Source: Isurus oxyrinchus
Taxonomy: Eukaryota
Assembly: GCA_026770705.1 (NCBI GenBank)
Contig: JANJGN010000100.1
Location: 744,001-808,000, forward strand
Direction of reading: 5' to 3'
DNA length: 64,000 nt
Positions 1-13,639 of the stretch are shown piece by piece. Position numbers and translations under genes: made by a program. The notes under the pieces were generated by a model. It saw only the letters and a program-made list of their open reading frames with translations. It was not told the DNA's origin and searched no databases. Every line of letters begins with the position of its first letter. Positions within the stretch are counted from its first letter, which is position 1.

Positions 1-1400
1 CCTAAATAATTGGTTTTATTTAAATTGAATGTTATTGTTTGGTAGAATATGTCGCTCTCAAGCTTAACGTGGAAGTTAAATGCATAACGATCAGCAGCTC
101 CCAGTGGATCTTTAATAATGTCCCATTTTCCGCGAAGCATTGTTCCAAGAAATAAACATCTTCTTGACGACCCTTGTCAATTTGTTATGCCTTATTTTTA
201 TGAGGATTAAAATTCCCCAGTTTTATTAAATAGCCTTTGTGACAGGTTCCAATAATTTCTTGTTTAATGCTCTTTGCAACTGTTAGGTTCTCCTAGTGGA
301 TGTATAACCTACTCCCACCAGGGTTTACTGAATCTCTTTGTCCAAAATATTCACCTAACCAGATTCCACTGCATGATCTTCTGATCCAAGGCCCTTGCTC
401 ACTAAGGTCCTTATGCCATCATTTACTATCAGTACCGCTTGGCAATTCAGTCTGCATTTGAAACATATTGCGTAGCCTGGAATACTTATACTACAACCTT
501 AGTCACCGTGCAACTCTGTTTCTGTATTGACGAATAGCTGTTAGTTGTTTATCTCGATTTGTGACAATAGTTCATCGACTTATCGTATTGTGAGTGTATT
601 TCTGTATCCTGACAAGGATAATTTAGTTTAATGTCGGCGACTATTGCCTGAATGTTATTTTTTCACTTTCTGATGCAGGATTACTGTTCAACTCTTTGCA
701 CCTTCCTGATCTGCTCTGCTGGTTTTTAGTTTGTCCCATTGCCTTGACTTTTATCTTCATATTTCTATACCTCCCTTCACACAGACTCTGCTCCCACCCT
801 ACATTTGACGAAGTAACAGAAACCCTAGTTATACAGTTCACCATGACACTGCCAACAGCCATGTTTCAGCACAGCCTGTGCCAATTGAACAATCCTATCT
901 TTAATGGGTACTTGTGCCGCTTCCCCATGAATGCCGTCTTTCTGCTCATTCAAGTAGGCCACAAGCACATCTGTCTCTTGGGCAAATTCAAGGGCTCTGA
1001 ACCCACCATCAGTATCTACAGCATACTGATCCCTGCCTATCTCACAGTCATAATCCGCTGTCTCTGGTAATTGCAAGACTCTAACTTTCTACTTGGCCTA
1101 AAGGGCTGAGAGAGGTTCCTGGAACACAATGTCTGGATAGCGATCCCCCTCCCAGACGCTACACAAAGTCTGGGTCTCTGGCTTCTGCTTGCGGTCGAAT
1201 GCCTTTAAGGAGCCTATCTATAACTACTGTACACTATCAGAGAGTTTGCGATGTACATGCTCAATTAATCATCACGCTGAAGATATGAGCAGCTCGAGGG
1301 ACAGGACCTGTCAGCGCACTTGCAGAGATTGGTGCATGTGGTTTCACCCCATGAAATAAAAGAGCCCACATAATTGTGTTACCAATCTTCTTGGTTGTGG
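1..1400 (-). mobile_element. Old, degenerate CR1-clade LINE fragment (5' ORF1/endonuclease region)
   Basis: Minus-strand remnants resembling the CR1 endonuclease end (LGxxDH-like near 80-110). Many stops and frameshifts. Boundaries approximate. Confidence 0.4.
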
Positions 1401-1949
1401 TATCTGTGTGTCGCAGAAACCAAAACATTGCTCAATAGATCAGAGGCGAAATCTCTTGCCACAGATTTAGTTTTTTGGGATTGCAATCATTCCACAGATT
1501 CTGATGTTTTTGAATTAAAGCACGCCAGTATGACTGTCATGGCTGAATAATCTTATTTAATGAACAAATCAATTATATACTAATTGATACAGCTAAACTA
1601 GTAGCAAGTTATCCCCCATAGATTTTTGGCAGAAAAAAACCTACCTGCTACTGAAGGCCCCAGAATGGTACAAAAAGTGCACCTCCTTCTTCCTTTGCAC
1701 CGATTTCTCACTTAAACCAAATTCCCAAATTGGCTTTTGTTCCTCGTCGCAGGCAAGCCTTGTCATCTCACTTTGTCATCTCACACTGTATAATTCTCTC
1801 GAGAGAGCAGATGGCGCAAACCAAGATGCAACTGCTAAGTCAGCTGTCTGCTCCAGTAAATAACATCTATTCAGGTAGCAACTTTCAGTTGGCTGACTGA
1901 TAACTGGAAGTGACATAGGCGTTTCTGTTAACTATGCCTGTTAACAAAC

Positions 1950-4160
1950 ACACCTAAGTTTCATATCAGAGAGTGACTGCTAATCTGAATTCTATCTTGA
2001 GAAACACTTAGCGGAGATATTCCTGTTGTTTGGCACCTACCACCGTGCTCTTTGGGATTGATTTCCAACACATCTTGAAACTTCAAACTGGGCGTCATGA
2101 GGCAATGTGGACCATCAGCAGCAGTGGAATTCTATTCAACCGCAATGTATAATCTCGAGGCCCTGCAAATAGCCCACTGCACCACTACCGTCAAATCAGT
2201 GGATCCACTCTGGTTTAATGAAGAGTGGAGGAGGGCATGAGTTGGGCAGAATCAGGCAGGCCTAATGTAGAGGTGTCAACATGGCGAAGGGAGAACACAA
2301 GATACTTGATTGCCAAAGAGCAGAAACAGCATGCAAGCGAGAGAGGTAAGGGATCCCACAACCAACGTATCATATTGAAGGTCTGCAGTCCAGCCACATC
2401 CAGTCATAAAAGTGCTTAGATAAGTCAACAACTAACAAGACGATGAGAATTCATGAATATCCTCATCACCAATAATCGGTGGGCCCAAATCATAAGTGCA
2501 AAATACAATGCTGAATAATTTGCAAACATATTCAGCTAGAAATGCCCAGTGGATGCCCAATTTCCCTGCTCTTGAGCTCAGCATCATCAGAAGAGCCAGT
2601 TTTCAGCCAAATGGATTCACGCTACTTCGTGAAGAATCTGCAGAAGGCGCTCGAAAATGCAAAAGGTTTCGGGCCCTGACAACATTCCAACAATCGTGCT
2701 GAAATCTTTTCCTGCTTAATAAGCTGTACCCTTAGCCAAGCTGTTCCAGTGTATTTGGAACAGTGACATTTACCCTGCAAAGTAGAACATTGCCCTATTT
2801 TAGAGTGTGCACAAAAAGAAGGGACAAAACCAACACAGCCAGTTTTACCACGCCATCAGTTTACTCTTGGTTATCAACAATTTTATGGGAGGTGCTTTCA
2901 ACAGTGTAATACAGAGGTGCTCGCTGACGCTCAGTTTGGGGTACATCATCGCTACTCAGCTCTGAACGCCATTACAGTCTTGATCCAAATATGAACCAGA
3001 ATTGAACTCAAGAGGTGAGAATGACTGCTGTGACGTCAGGGCATCATTTGACAGGGTGTGCCATTAAGGAGCCTAAAATAACTGTCGTCAATGGGAAAAT
3101 AGTGAGAGTCATACTTAGCAAAAAAGATCATTGTCATTTCTCAAGGTCAGTCATCTTGGTCCTAGGATATTCCTGCAGGAGTTCCTCGGGGTAGTGTCCT
3201 CGGACCAAAAATCTACCCATGGTTCATCAATGACCTTCCTTCCATCATAAGGTCAGAAGTGGGGATGTTAGTGATGATTGTACAACGTTCAACATGAATA
3301 TCTGCACCATAGATACGGGAGCAGCTCGTGGCTTTGGGCAGCAAGAATAGGACAAAATCTACACTTGGGCTGAGAAGTTGAAACTAACATTCGTTCGATA
3401 CCATTATCAGGCAATGGTCATCTCCAGCATGAAAGAATCTGATCATTTCCATCTGACAATCAATGACATGACTATCACTGATTCCCCCCAATATCAACAT
3501 TGTGGGGATTACTATTGGACAGAACCTGAACTGTACCTTCCAGGTGAATAATGTGGCGAAAAGAGCAGTTCACAGACTAGGAACTCTGCAGTGAAAAGCT
3601 CACCTCATTACCCCCCAGGAACTGTCCACGATCTACAAAGCACAAGGCAAGAATGTGATGTAATATTGTCCACTTGCCCAGATAGATGCAGCTCCAACAG
3701 CACTCAGGAAACGCAGCAATATCCAGGAAATGGTGCCCCCTTCAATGGCACCTTATCCACCGCCTTAAACATTAAGGCCCTCAGTCAGAGACAGATAGTG
3801 ACCACAGGATGTACCACACAAAATGAACTTCAGCAACTCACAAAGCCTCCATCGACAGCACGATGCAATCACGTGACCTCTACCACGTTGAAGGACAAAG
3901 GTTGTAGATGAAATGGAACACCACCGACTGCAAGTTCCCCTCCAAACCACACGCCACCCTGACTTGGAAATATGTTGCCGTGCTATCAATGGTGCTGGCC
4001 CAAAGCCCTCTAACCGCCTTCCTGACATAAATGTTTTTACACGTAAACCATGTGGGCAACAGCATTTCATTAAGGCGGCGCATCACCACCTTTCAAGGGC
4101 AATTAGGGATGGTCAATAATAACTGGTGTAACCAGAGGCACCAACTTGCCATTAATAAAT
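1950..4160 (+). mobile_element. Degenerate L2/CR1-group LINE (RT region and 3' tail)
   Basis: Decayed RT motifs (KDK.N.A.Y.PISLL near 2820, GVP.GSVLGP near 3180, ADD-like near 3270). Its 3' tail caccacctttcaagggcaattagggatgg recurs at about 19.7k, 23.8k, 24.1k, 44.5k, 56.7k and 63.7k. Confidence 0.65.
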
Positions 4161-5204
4161 CAATAATTCCCAGCTGCTCCAAGTTCGGGACTTAGCTCTT
4201 GTTCCTTGTTGCACAACCGCCTATTCATCTCAAGCCGTGTTCCCACAGAATGCTGTTAAAAAATCTAAATGTATTGAATTATAAGCCTCACTTTAGTAAA
4301 TTGCTGACTGTTAATTCAACAAAATAATTATCAGAACATAGCTGCTAAGAATACTCAATCAATAAGAATATATGTGGACTGTGTTTAAGCATCTGAAATG
4401 CTGTAGAATAATTGGACGTAATAAATTTTCAGGATTATTTCCCAAGTTCTCTTTATCCACCCAAGCCTATGTTGCTCTACTCAATTAAATAGCTGCAATA
4501 ATAAATGGGGGTTAATAAGCTCATTGTTCCATTGAATTGCATCTTTCGTAATTTCTATTTTTGATGTGTTAGAATTAATGATATTTGCTGGTGAGTTTCA
4601 TTAACCTAATAAATGGTGCAAACGGAAACTTGAACAAAGTGCATAAGCAAAACAATCGTTAGAAATAAAGGCGGGACACTCAGATTTTTTTAAGAAAAAC
4701 AACGGTGAATTTTAGAATCACACAGCTTATTTTATTATATTCCAAACCTTTGCATATACAGAGTATAAAATAGTGACTAAATAATAACATCATAGCAACA
4801 ATTTAAACAAAGATGAATATTAAATGTATTGTTGAGAACATGCAATCTCCACATGACTAGCAATGGGCATAAGTTCCCAATCTTTCTAACATTTCATTTA
4901 GACAAATCACTGCAAAGATTGCCATTACAGATAAAGTCCACAAGGGATCTTGAGCCAATGCAGAACAACGACGTAAAGGGCACATCAGCCATGATCTAAA
5001 TGAATGCAAAAAAACCATATCCGTATATATTTTAATTGTCACTCAACTTACGTCTTAATTGTTGAGAACATCAAATATCAGTGTTTGTATCTGAAATTGT
5101 ATAATGGAGAGAATTCACCTTCTAAATTTGGGCAACGATGTTTCATGGAAAGGGCTGTGGAATTGCAAGCTTTACACCCATGTTCAAAAAAGGTTGTAAG
5201 AATA

Positions 5205-6590
5205 AGCCCACAAATTACAGACCAGTCAGCCTAACTTCAGTGGTGGGCAAGATTCTAGAGAAAAAATTATTACGGATAGAATTAGCAGTCACATGCAAAA
5301 ATAATGATTCATAAGTAAGAGCCAGCATGGATTTCTCAGGGGGAAATCGTGTTTAAAGAACTTGCTGGAGTTATTTGAAGAGGCAACAGAAAAGGTCAAT
5401 GAGGGTAATGCTGTTGATGTGGTGTACTTGGACTTTCAAAAGGCATTTGATACAGTGCCAAACAACAGATCTGTGAGAAATGTTATTGCTAATGGAATAA
5501 AAGGGACAGTAACAACTTTGATCCAAAATTATGTGAAAAAAAATAGGAGGCAGAGACTAATGGTCAATGGATATTTTGGTGGCTGGAGGGAGGTTTGCAG
5601 TGGAGTTCCCCAGGGGTCGGCATTGGTACGTTTGCTTGTCTTGACATATATTAACGATCTAAATCTTGGTGTGCAGGGGAGAATTTGAACGCTTGCAGAT
5701 GATACTCAGCTTCGGAGTGTTGCAAACAGCGAGCGGGACAGTGTAGAACTTCAAGAGGAGATAGTCAAGTTGATGGACTGGGGAGGTAGGTGATGAAATT
5801 TAACACAGAAAAGTGTGAAATGTATTTTATAGGATGAACATTTAAAGGCAGTATAAAATAAGAGATAAATTTTAAAGAGGGTGCAGGAGCAGAAAGACCT
5901 GGGGTGTATATGTGCATAGATAGTTGAATGTGGCAGGACAGGTGGAGAGAGCAGTTAATAAAGCAGATCGTACACTGGGCTTTGTTAATAGGGGCATAAT
6001 GTACAAGAGCATGGAGGTTAGCTGATTTTGTATACGGCACTCCCTAGGCCTCAGCTGGTGTATTGTGTACAGTTCTGGGCGATAAATTATAGGAAGGGTG
6101 TGAACTCATTGGAGACAGAGCAGAGGAGTTTTAAAAGAATTGATGAGAATCTTCAGCTATATGGATAGATTAAAGAGGTTGGGACCGTTTTCCTTGGAGA
6201 GATGAAGGCTAAGAGGGGATTTGATAGAGATGTTCAAAATCACGACGAAACTGAATAGATTAGGTAAAGAGTAGCTTTTGCCGCCGTTAAAGGATAAAGA
6301 ACGAGAGGACACAGACTTAAAGTGATTTGCAAATGAAGCAAATGCGACGTGAGAGAAAACGCTTTCACAAAACAATGGTTCGGGTCTGGAAGTTGCTGCC
6401 TGGGAGTATTGTGGAGGCAGGTTCAGTGGAGGTTCAAGAGAGCATCGGATATTTATTTGAATAGAAACAATAGGCAGGGGTACAGGGAAGAGGCAGGACA
6501 ATGACACTAGTTCGTTATGCTCATTTGGGGATCCGGTGCAGGCACGATGGGCCGAATGGCCTCCTTCTGTGCCATTATGATTTTGTGATT
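5205..6590 (+). mobile_element. 5'-truncated CR1-clade LINE (RT, 3' end)
   Basis: ORF 5362-5688 has VDVVYLDFQKAFD and SGVPQGS. CR1-type 3' end gggccgaatggcctccttctg at about 6550. Confidence 0.9.
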
Positions 6591-7414
6591 CAGTGGTATG
6601 GTTTCTCCCTTCTTGTGCCCTTAACGATTTTCTTCAAAAATGTTAAAAAAATTGGCCAGAAATAGATCTTCAGAGGAATTGATTTGGAGGCATCAGCGAT
6701 CTCAGAGCAAGAAACTTCCAGAGGAATCCACAAACATGTGTTGAAACAAGGGTTTTGTTTTTAAAAATATTTTTCAGGAATCTGTGTAGCTAACAATCAG
6801 TCAGGTCTGCCTTCAGTTTCCATTGGGTCTCTACAAGGATGTAAGCCCGTGCGACTGTGCCTGAAAATAATGTCTCTGTTACTCGCATGGCGCTGGTAAG
6901 CAAAGATGCAATGCTGTGCTCCTCTGGGAGCTGTATGTGAGATATGCACAAAACGTTTTTAAAATTTCCTCAGTTACGCAACACTAATTAAATCATTTCC
7001 ACATTCAGATATGGTCTATTAACAATTCTGGAACATTTGCCAGTGGAGAAAGTCTTTCCTTAACAAAATGGGATTTTCAGTATAAGCCGTGACCAGATGA
7101 ATGCTTAGTATTGCTGCATATCTTCTTTCAACGATGTATTTTTGGTATTATTCACATACGTGTTTTCATTTCCTATAGGGAATGCTTTGATCTTCTGTAA
7201 CAGCCGGCGAGCCTTAACTCATCCTAGGACAAGGGCAGGTTCGACAAGCCTGGTGGGTTGTCTGCGAGCTCACGGACGTGGTAAGGGCGTTTTTCTTGTT
7301 AATTTTCAAATTCAAATTGTCATGAAATATTCAACAAATGATTGAGACAGGAAACAATCCTACTATTTCAAAAGTAGTACTAACACATAGCGGCATTCAA
7401 TGTTTTCTTCTCAA

Positions 7415-7425
7415 TTTATTTTAAT
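7415..7425 (-). terminator. Polyadenylation signal for the membrane IgNAR mRNA
   Basis: Adjoining ATTAAA/AATAAA on minus about 280 bp downstream of the TM2 stop. Confidence 0.6.
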
Positions 7426-7701
7426 TGATTCTGTGGGATTTGCTGAACATACAGGGTTGTTGTAATGATGCACAATTCTATTTAGCTCTGCTGCTTAAGA
7501 AAGAAAGTGTTAATTTATGAGCTAATAGAAGCAAATTAAGCAGAGTTGCCACGGATTGGCTGAGCCTATTGTGCAACCACAAGGTGAAGTGGTGTAATGG
7601 AGCAGCTGCTAACGCTGATAGACTCACACAATCCGGCCCCAAGGGATCTTCGTCAACAAGCTTTGAAGAGAAAGCTGAAGTGACCACTGGTCAAGCAGTT
7701 G

Positions 7702-7710
7702 CTATTTCAC
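7702..7710 (-). CDS. IgNAR: IgNAR transmembrane exon TM2 coding part (VK*, completing a KVK cytoplasmic tail)
   Basis: Strong acceptor tgcttttttttcactgcag|GTG AAA TAG. Phase 0 matches the TM1 donor. Gives an IgM-like KVK tail, followed by a 3' UTR with AATAAA. Confidence 0.85.
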   Translation of the reverse strand: MK

Positions 7711-8919
7711 CTGCAGTGAAAAAAAGCATAGCATTAAAACTAGTGAGTACCGCAATGAGAAAAATGATGTGCAATTCAACTGACAAGTCCGGGGTATACA
7801 ACAACAACAATACTATGCATAACTATCGTGAAAGATAAGGAGCTTTACGGGTTTGGGTCATTACCCCCCACAATCGACATTCAGGACCCCACGTGCAGAT
7901 AATCTCATTTGCCGTGTGTCTTCTCGATCTTATAAATGAAAAGTGAATTATTTGTTACCTGATTTTAAATACTCCACAATAATTATATAACTTTCGGAAA
8001 CAAATGTGACGAATCAATGCTTGATCCCTAGCGCACCAAATGTACTCCATCTGCAGTTCCATTGATCTGAACATTGCATTCCAAATGAGATTTGAACGAT
8101 GGTCTTTTTAAAAAAAATGCTGCTTAATCAATATGTTTGGACCAGGGAAATGCCATCGCATCAGTATTTTGATCACCCGGTACCTTTCCCTTAAATATTG
8201 ACCTGGTCAACATTTTTTTGTTGTTCCTGTGTATCTGTTCAGAGCTTTCCCATTTCCACATTATTACCGTTGACTATCCCTACGCATCTAAATCAGGTCC
8301 TCACATAGTTTATACGTGCACACAAATTGTCATTCATTTACCCGCAAGCTAAATTAAACTGCTTTTTATTGTAATGCCATTTTCTGTTCAAAGTCTAATG
8401 CACCCTCTCGGTTAGTATTGTCAGTGATTGTATATATACTCTCCTCTGTTCCTTCGAATTCCAGTGAATTGCTTTGCAGTATAATCTCACAAGGTGAGTA
8501 AGTATATGCATTCCCATTTTAATATCATGGATCATGACGTAAGGTTTAGAAAATACGTTGATGTTACATGAACAATATTGTAGCTGAATGGTTAAACCTA
8601 CTGAAGTTTTGGGAGGTGAGAAGTGCAGTTGGTTGAAGTATAGAATGCGATCAACAGCATTGTCAGAGAGGACGGGCATGCTGAAAAAACATTGTTGTTA
8701 GTTTCTGTTTGTAATCACTACCTAATAAGCGAATGTTCGCAATCTACATTGTAAATGTGCATTTATGAATTTACAACGCCATGGGGGAAATAAGGACTGA
8801 GGAAATGACTTTGGAATGTGAACTGAATAATATCCTTGCTCTAATAATCCTTTGCTTTCTACATGTGAAAGCATTACTTGCTCCCGATGCTCCCTGTGGA
8901 ATGCCACATATTTTCTAGT

Positions 8920-8933
8920 ATGTGTGTGTATGT

Positions 8934-8998
<65 letters not shown>
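8920..8998. repeat. (TG)n microsatellite
   Basis: About 39 near-perfect TG units. Confidence 0.97.
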
Positions 8999-8999
<1 letters not shown>

Positions 9000-9379
9000 A
9001 TGCATGAGAGGAATATTACTAAATACATACAGATATAAACAGATAGATGGCTGGGAGATTGTTAGTCGGAAAGAGATGGAAAGCTAGAAAGATGAGTGAA
9101 ACATATCAAGTGTGAGAGAGAAACTTAAAAATGTTCACACTTGAAGGTGTAAGTTTTCAGATTTTGATGTTTATCAACTTGTTTACTTTCAGACATATCC
9201 ATTGTCTCCAACTCTACCAAAATGTCGCTCTCCTACTGGATTATACAGAGGGGTATAAAACCACGTGCAATCTATGGAATAAGTCTTTATTCAAAATGAT
9301 AGATAAATAAGCAGATAGACAGTTGGAAAATCATTATAGATAAGTGAGAGAAATATTGAGTAAAAAAGGAAAAACCGAA

Positions 9380-9665
9380 TTTATGGAGCGCTATTACTAC
9401 CTCAGAACGTCCAGCACGCTTTCTGGCCAGTGAAATCCTCCTGAGCTGTAATCAGTTTTGTAATGTATGGAACGTGGCAGTCCATTTCCACACAGTAATC
9501 TACCAGAAAGCTCAATGTGATAATGACCTGATAATCTGCTTTCCATGATGTTGATTGAGTGATTTGTTTACCAGAGCACTGGGGAGAACTTCCTTGCCCT
9601 TCTTCGAAATAGTGTTATAGGATCGTTTGCTTCTGACTGAGTAAGCAAACGGGATTTCGGTTCAC
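9380..9665 (-). mobile_element. SINE fragment, probably Deu-domain (SacSINE-like)
   Basis: Block ggggagaact...cttcttcgaaatagtg...ggatc resembles shark Deu-type SINE sequence, judged from recall. Related fragments near 18.5k and 29.5k. Confidence 0.4.
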
Positions 9666-9999
9666 AGTTCCACAGTAGAGAGCACCAAAATTTCCCGGAT
9701 CAATATTCATAAATAAACATCATGTTTCCAGCATGAATAAAATAATAAACATGAGTAAGGTACGATGGAACTCAAACAACTCGTGTACATTAACCGAGGA
9801 GCAGCTGGAGTTACTGCGGGCCTCAGAATCTCCTGAAGTGCATTAATTACAGGAGGTTGTCATCCTGCCGATCCAGTGTTCAGGATGTTTGGAAATGGTT
9901 GGCCATCCGATAGGTTAAGGAAATGCTCACAGTGCAGGAATCCTCCAGGGTTATTACATATTCAAATCAGTTTGCAGGGCTTTGAGTAGAGCTGTCTAG

Positions 10000-12900
10000 T
10001 AATCATCCACGTGACTATGGGCGAGATTGAAACACGTCAGTGAATCACAAAGTGGAGGATTGCAGTTTGTTAGGAAACCTGATATTCCACAGAATTGGCC
10101 GGCGTTTCTGCCACCACCAACATGAGTTACACTTTACCTCAATTGTGCCAAAGTCAGTAACATCATTGAGTGGATCAAGAAGATTTTGAGAAGGAAAGGA
10201 AAATGACCAAATATCACTGTCCATGTTTCAACCAATGATACAGGTAGGGAAAGGATTGAGGTAGACCGAAATAGTTTCAGCACCTAGCGCACAACCTTCA
10301 TGTTGGCAATCCCCCGATTATCCCCAGAGCTACAGAACAGTTAGTGCAAGAGCAGCAACATAAATCAGGTTAACGTACGAGTGGTGAAACTGTTCAGAAG
10401 CTGCTTCAAAATATGGGGCCAGTGGGGCCATTTGAGGGGTTGCTGGGACCTGAACAAGGTGGACACCTTGCACACAAAGAGGACTGGAATCAATGCCGTC
10501 GCAGAAATAATAACCAAATCGTGGCGGAGGGTTTAAATGAGAATGGCAGAGGTGGTCCATTCCCCACCCAGCAGTTGAAGAATTAGAGGGCAGAGAAAAG
10601 TTGCAGAGAGCGTAAATACACAAACTGGATTTGATTGAAGTACAGCTCCGAGTTAGAAGGGTTAATAAAAGAAGAATTGCAAAACAATCCACGATCACGT
10701 TGTGTCCATGTGTGTTAATTCCCGGTAAATTTTAATTAACATCATTGGGCTGCAGGCACGAGAGGCCATATAGTATTATGTTGTAACGGCAATAACAGAG
10801 AACTAGGTGAGATGAAGGAAGAAATAACAATTTTGTAATCATGTCGACAATGCTTTGAGGTAAGATGAGGAAGGGAAAAAGGAGGGAGGGTGGTACTTTT
10901 ATCAAATATATTTTTTAAGTACGAGAAAGTGTTGGTGCACTTGAGAGTTCAAACACGGAATTTGTTTCAGTAGAACTGATGAATAGCAGGAAAGACTATT
11001 AGGTGCTAGGTGTATACTATGGACCACAACATAGTGGGGAGGAAATGGAGGAGCAAAACTACAAGAACATCACAGAAATTTGCGAGGCATTCGGCGTATT
11101 GGCGATAGGGGGCATCATTTATTACATGAGGCTGAATGAAACAGTATCAAACAAAAAGACATGGAGGAACTCCTGCAATGTAGAGAAGATAGTTCTCGTG
11201 GTCACTGTGTTTTACCTCCCAGCAAGGAAGGAAGCGGTGGCGAATCTAGCTCTAAGGAATTAAGTGAATCATGTAGCAGACGGAGATAATATGGGAAACG
11301 ACTGATAATATTATTATGTTTAAAGTACATATGGATTCGTAGGACTAATCATTTGTGAAAATATTCAACGGAGGTGGCGTTAATTTCGTTGAATGGAAAG
11401 GTGACGTGCTCCAAATGGATTGAAATGAAAGACTGAAAGCAAAACACTAAATTAACAAAAGGAGGCTCTCTGAGTGGTGATAGTTTATTTTCATAAAGCA
11501 GACAAAGGGAGTGATAAGAGATCATGTAAAAGTGGCAAAGAGCATTTCGCAATAGATTATCTGGTAACAGAGAGGTGAGTCTAAACCTCTGTTCTAAACT
11601 TGTAAAGAGAAAACGTGTAGCCAAAGTAAGAGTGATCCGATTAGAAAGCGAAAGGTAACTCTGTTCTGGAGGCAGAGGGAGCGACTTTGGGACTAAGTTA
11701 ATACTTTGCATATGTCTTCAGGGAAGAAGATAACGCTGCAAATGTTACAATCAGGAGGTGAAACTGGAAAGACAAAACAGAGAGGAGAAACACAGATGCA
11801 GGGGAAGAAGATAATGTTCTGCCAGTGCGCAAAGTGAAAAATTCACCCAGCTGGATGGGATACATCCGAAACAGATTAGTGAAGTAGGATTACAATTACA
11901 GATAGTCTGGACACAACGTTCCAGTTCTGCTTTGATATGGGTCTAGTTACAGGGGAATGGGAGCTTATCAATGACACGCCCTGTCCAAAAATAGGATCAC
12001 ATTATGCAGTTGACCTACACGTCAGCTCCCCTCGCGCCAGAGGTGGGGAATATTCCACCAACTATGGATCAGTATTGCCTCCAGTTCTGACCACTACCCT
12101 GCAGGATGTAAAGGCTTAGTGACAACAGCAATGAGAATTACTGGAATGGCACCAGGAATAAAAATGTCAGTTATGTATTGGCACTGGAAAACCTGGTATA
12201 TTGGGATATAAACTATTATGAGTAGATTTTAGTAAATAATGGAAAGAGCTTCCAGTGTTAGAATAGTCAGCTAATTATCTCTGCAAGGGAGTCCTCTGAA
12301 TTGGGATGTAGATTTTTTGTGATGCTTGTCAGTGGTTTGTGAAGACGGAATAGAGAGCCATACATCTCAGTTAGCTGACAATGCTAACTTAAGCAGCACA
12401 GCAAAGAGCAGAAAGTCACAAACGGTCTTCCTAATATTAAATCAATGGGGGATTGGGGTAGGCTCTGCACAATGATAGGTAAATTTGCCTGTGGAAACCT
12501 GAGGTCATCTAGTCTGAAACTAAGGAAGATATACGATTGTTATTTTCTAACAATGAGACGATTAAAACTATAGAACATCTGGAATAATTAGCTTTACAAC
12601 TACAGAAATGCTTAAAGTTAGTGGGAAAGAAATACAAATAAGTAAAGAAGCAAATGGACAGTTTGCTTTAATCCCAGGCGTGGGGCAGGTGGAATACAAA
12701 GCAGTAGACCTAATTTCTCTGTTGTACAAAGCTTTCGTTACTGTGTTCGGTTCTGGGAAGCCCACATCAGGAAGTGCGTGCAGGGATGGAACAGGGATTC
12801 ACCAGAAAGACACCGGTTATAAAACGGTTAAAATTATGCTAACATGATCTTCACATTTGGATTGTGTTGCCTTGAATATTACAGGATGAACTACTTTAGT

Positions 12901-13220
12901 TGCTTAAATAATTGCTTGGTATGGCTGTTAATATAGTAATAATTTAAAAACAAAAATCTACCATATGCCAACAACATGAAAAAAAAACTTAAAAGTAGAT
13001 TTGGCTACTTCAGGGACAAATCGAGGGAGCACTTCTTTACACATTGGCTGGACACAATCTAAGACTTTCCCCACAGCCTAAAAGGAAATTAAAATGTCGA
13101 GGTTGGATTCCAATTTAACTGCGTTTGACAGAGCTTTGTTAGTTAGGCATATTAATAAACATGACGGCAAGGTATGCTTAATTCGCTAAAACACAGATCA
13201 GCCACTATCTGAATGAATGA
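10000..13220 (+). mobile_element. Old, highly decayed CR1-clade LINE(s)
   Basis: Endonuclease remnant LGVYYGP..S..EMEEQ (11003). Decayed PG.DGIHP (about 11850) and RT/3' region remnants. Confidence 0.6.
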
Positions 13221-13639
13221 AGGAGGATGGTGAGCGCCACAAACTTCCCTTTGTCTTCTTCTTGACATAATCTTTCCTCTTCGGTTTAATCCTAACCTTA
13301 ACTGTTGTCATTTGCTAAAATTGAAGCCCAGATCTATAGTTCATTTTTCTATGATTGTGGATTTTTGTGCCAACCAACCTTAGTATTGTATTATTTGCTT
13401 ATCGATTGAAAACCTAACATTTTCTTCATTCCTTCCGTAGTCAATTCCCTTCTCACCTGTTAACAATGTTCCTGTTTGGTAATCTTCCATAGTCAATGTT
13501 TGTTTTCATCTCTCCAACGGCCACATCACCTCCTATTCTTCCATAGTGACTGCTTTCCTCATCTCTCCACAGTGATCCATTTCCCATCATTTCATATGTT
13601 ACACTATCCTAATCATTTCACAGTGATTCACCTCACAAC

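Noticed and set aside
8878-9087. Cys/Val-rich ORF
   Set aside because: It is the translation of the (TG)n microsatellite.
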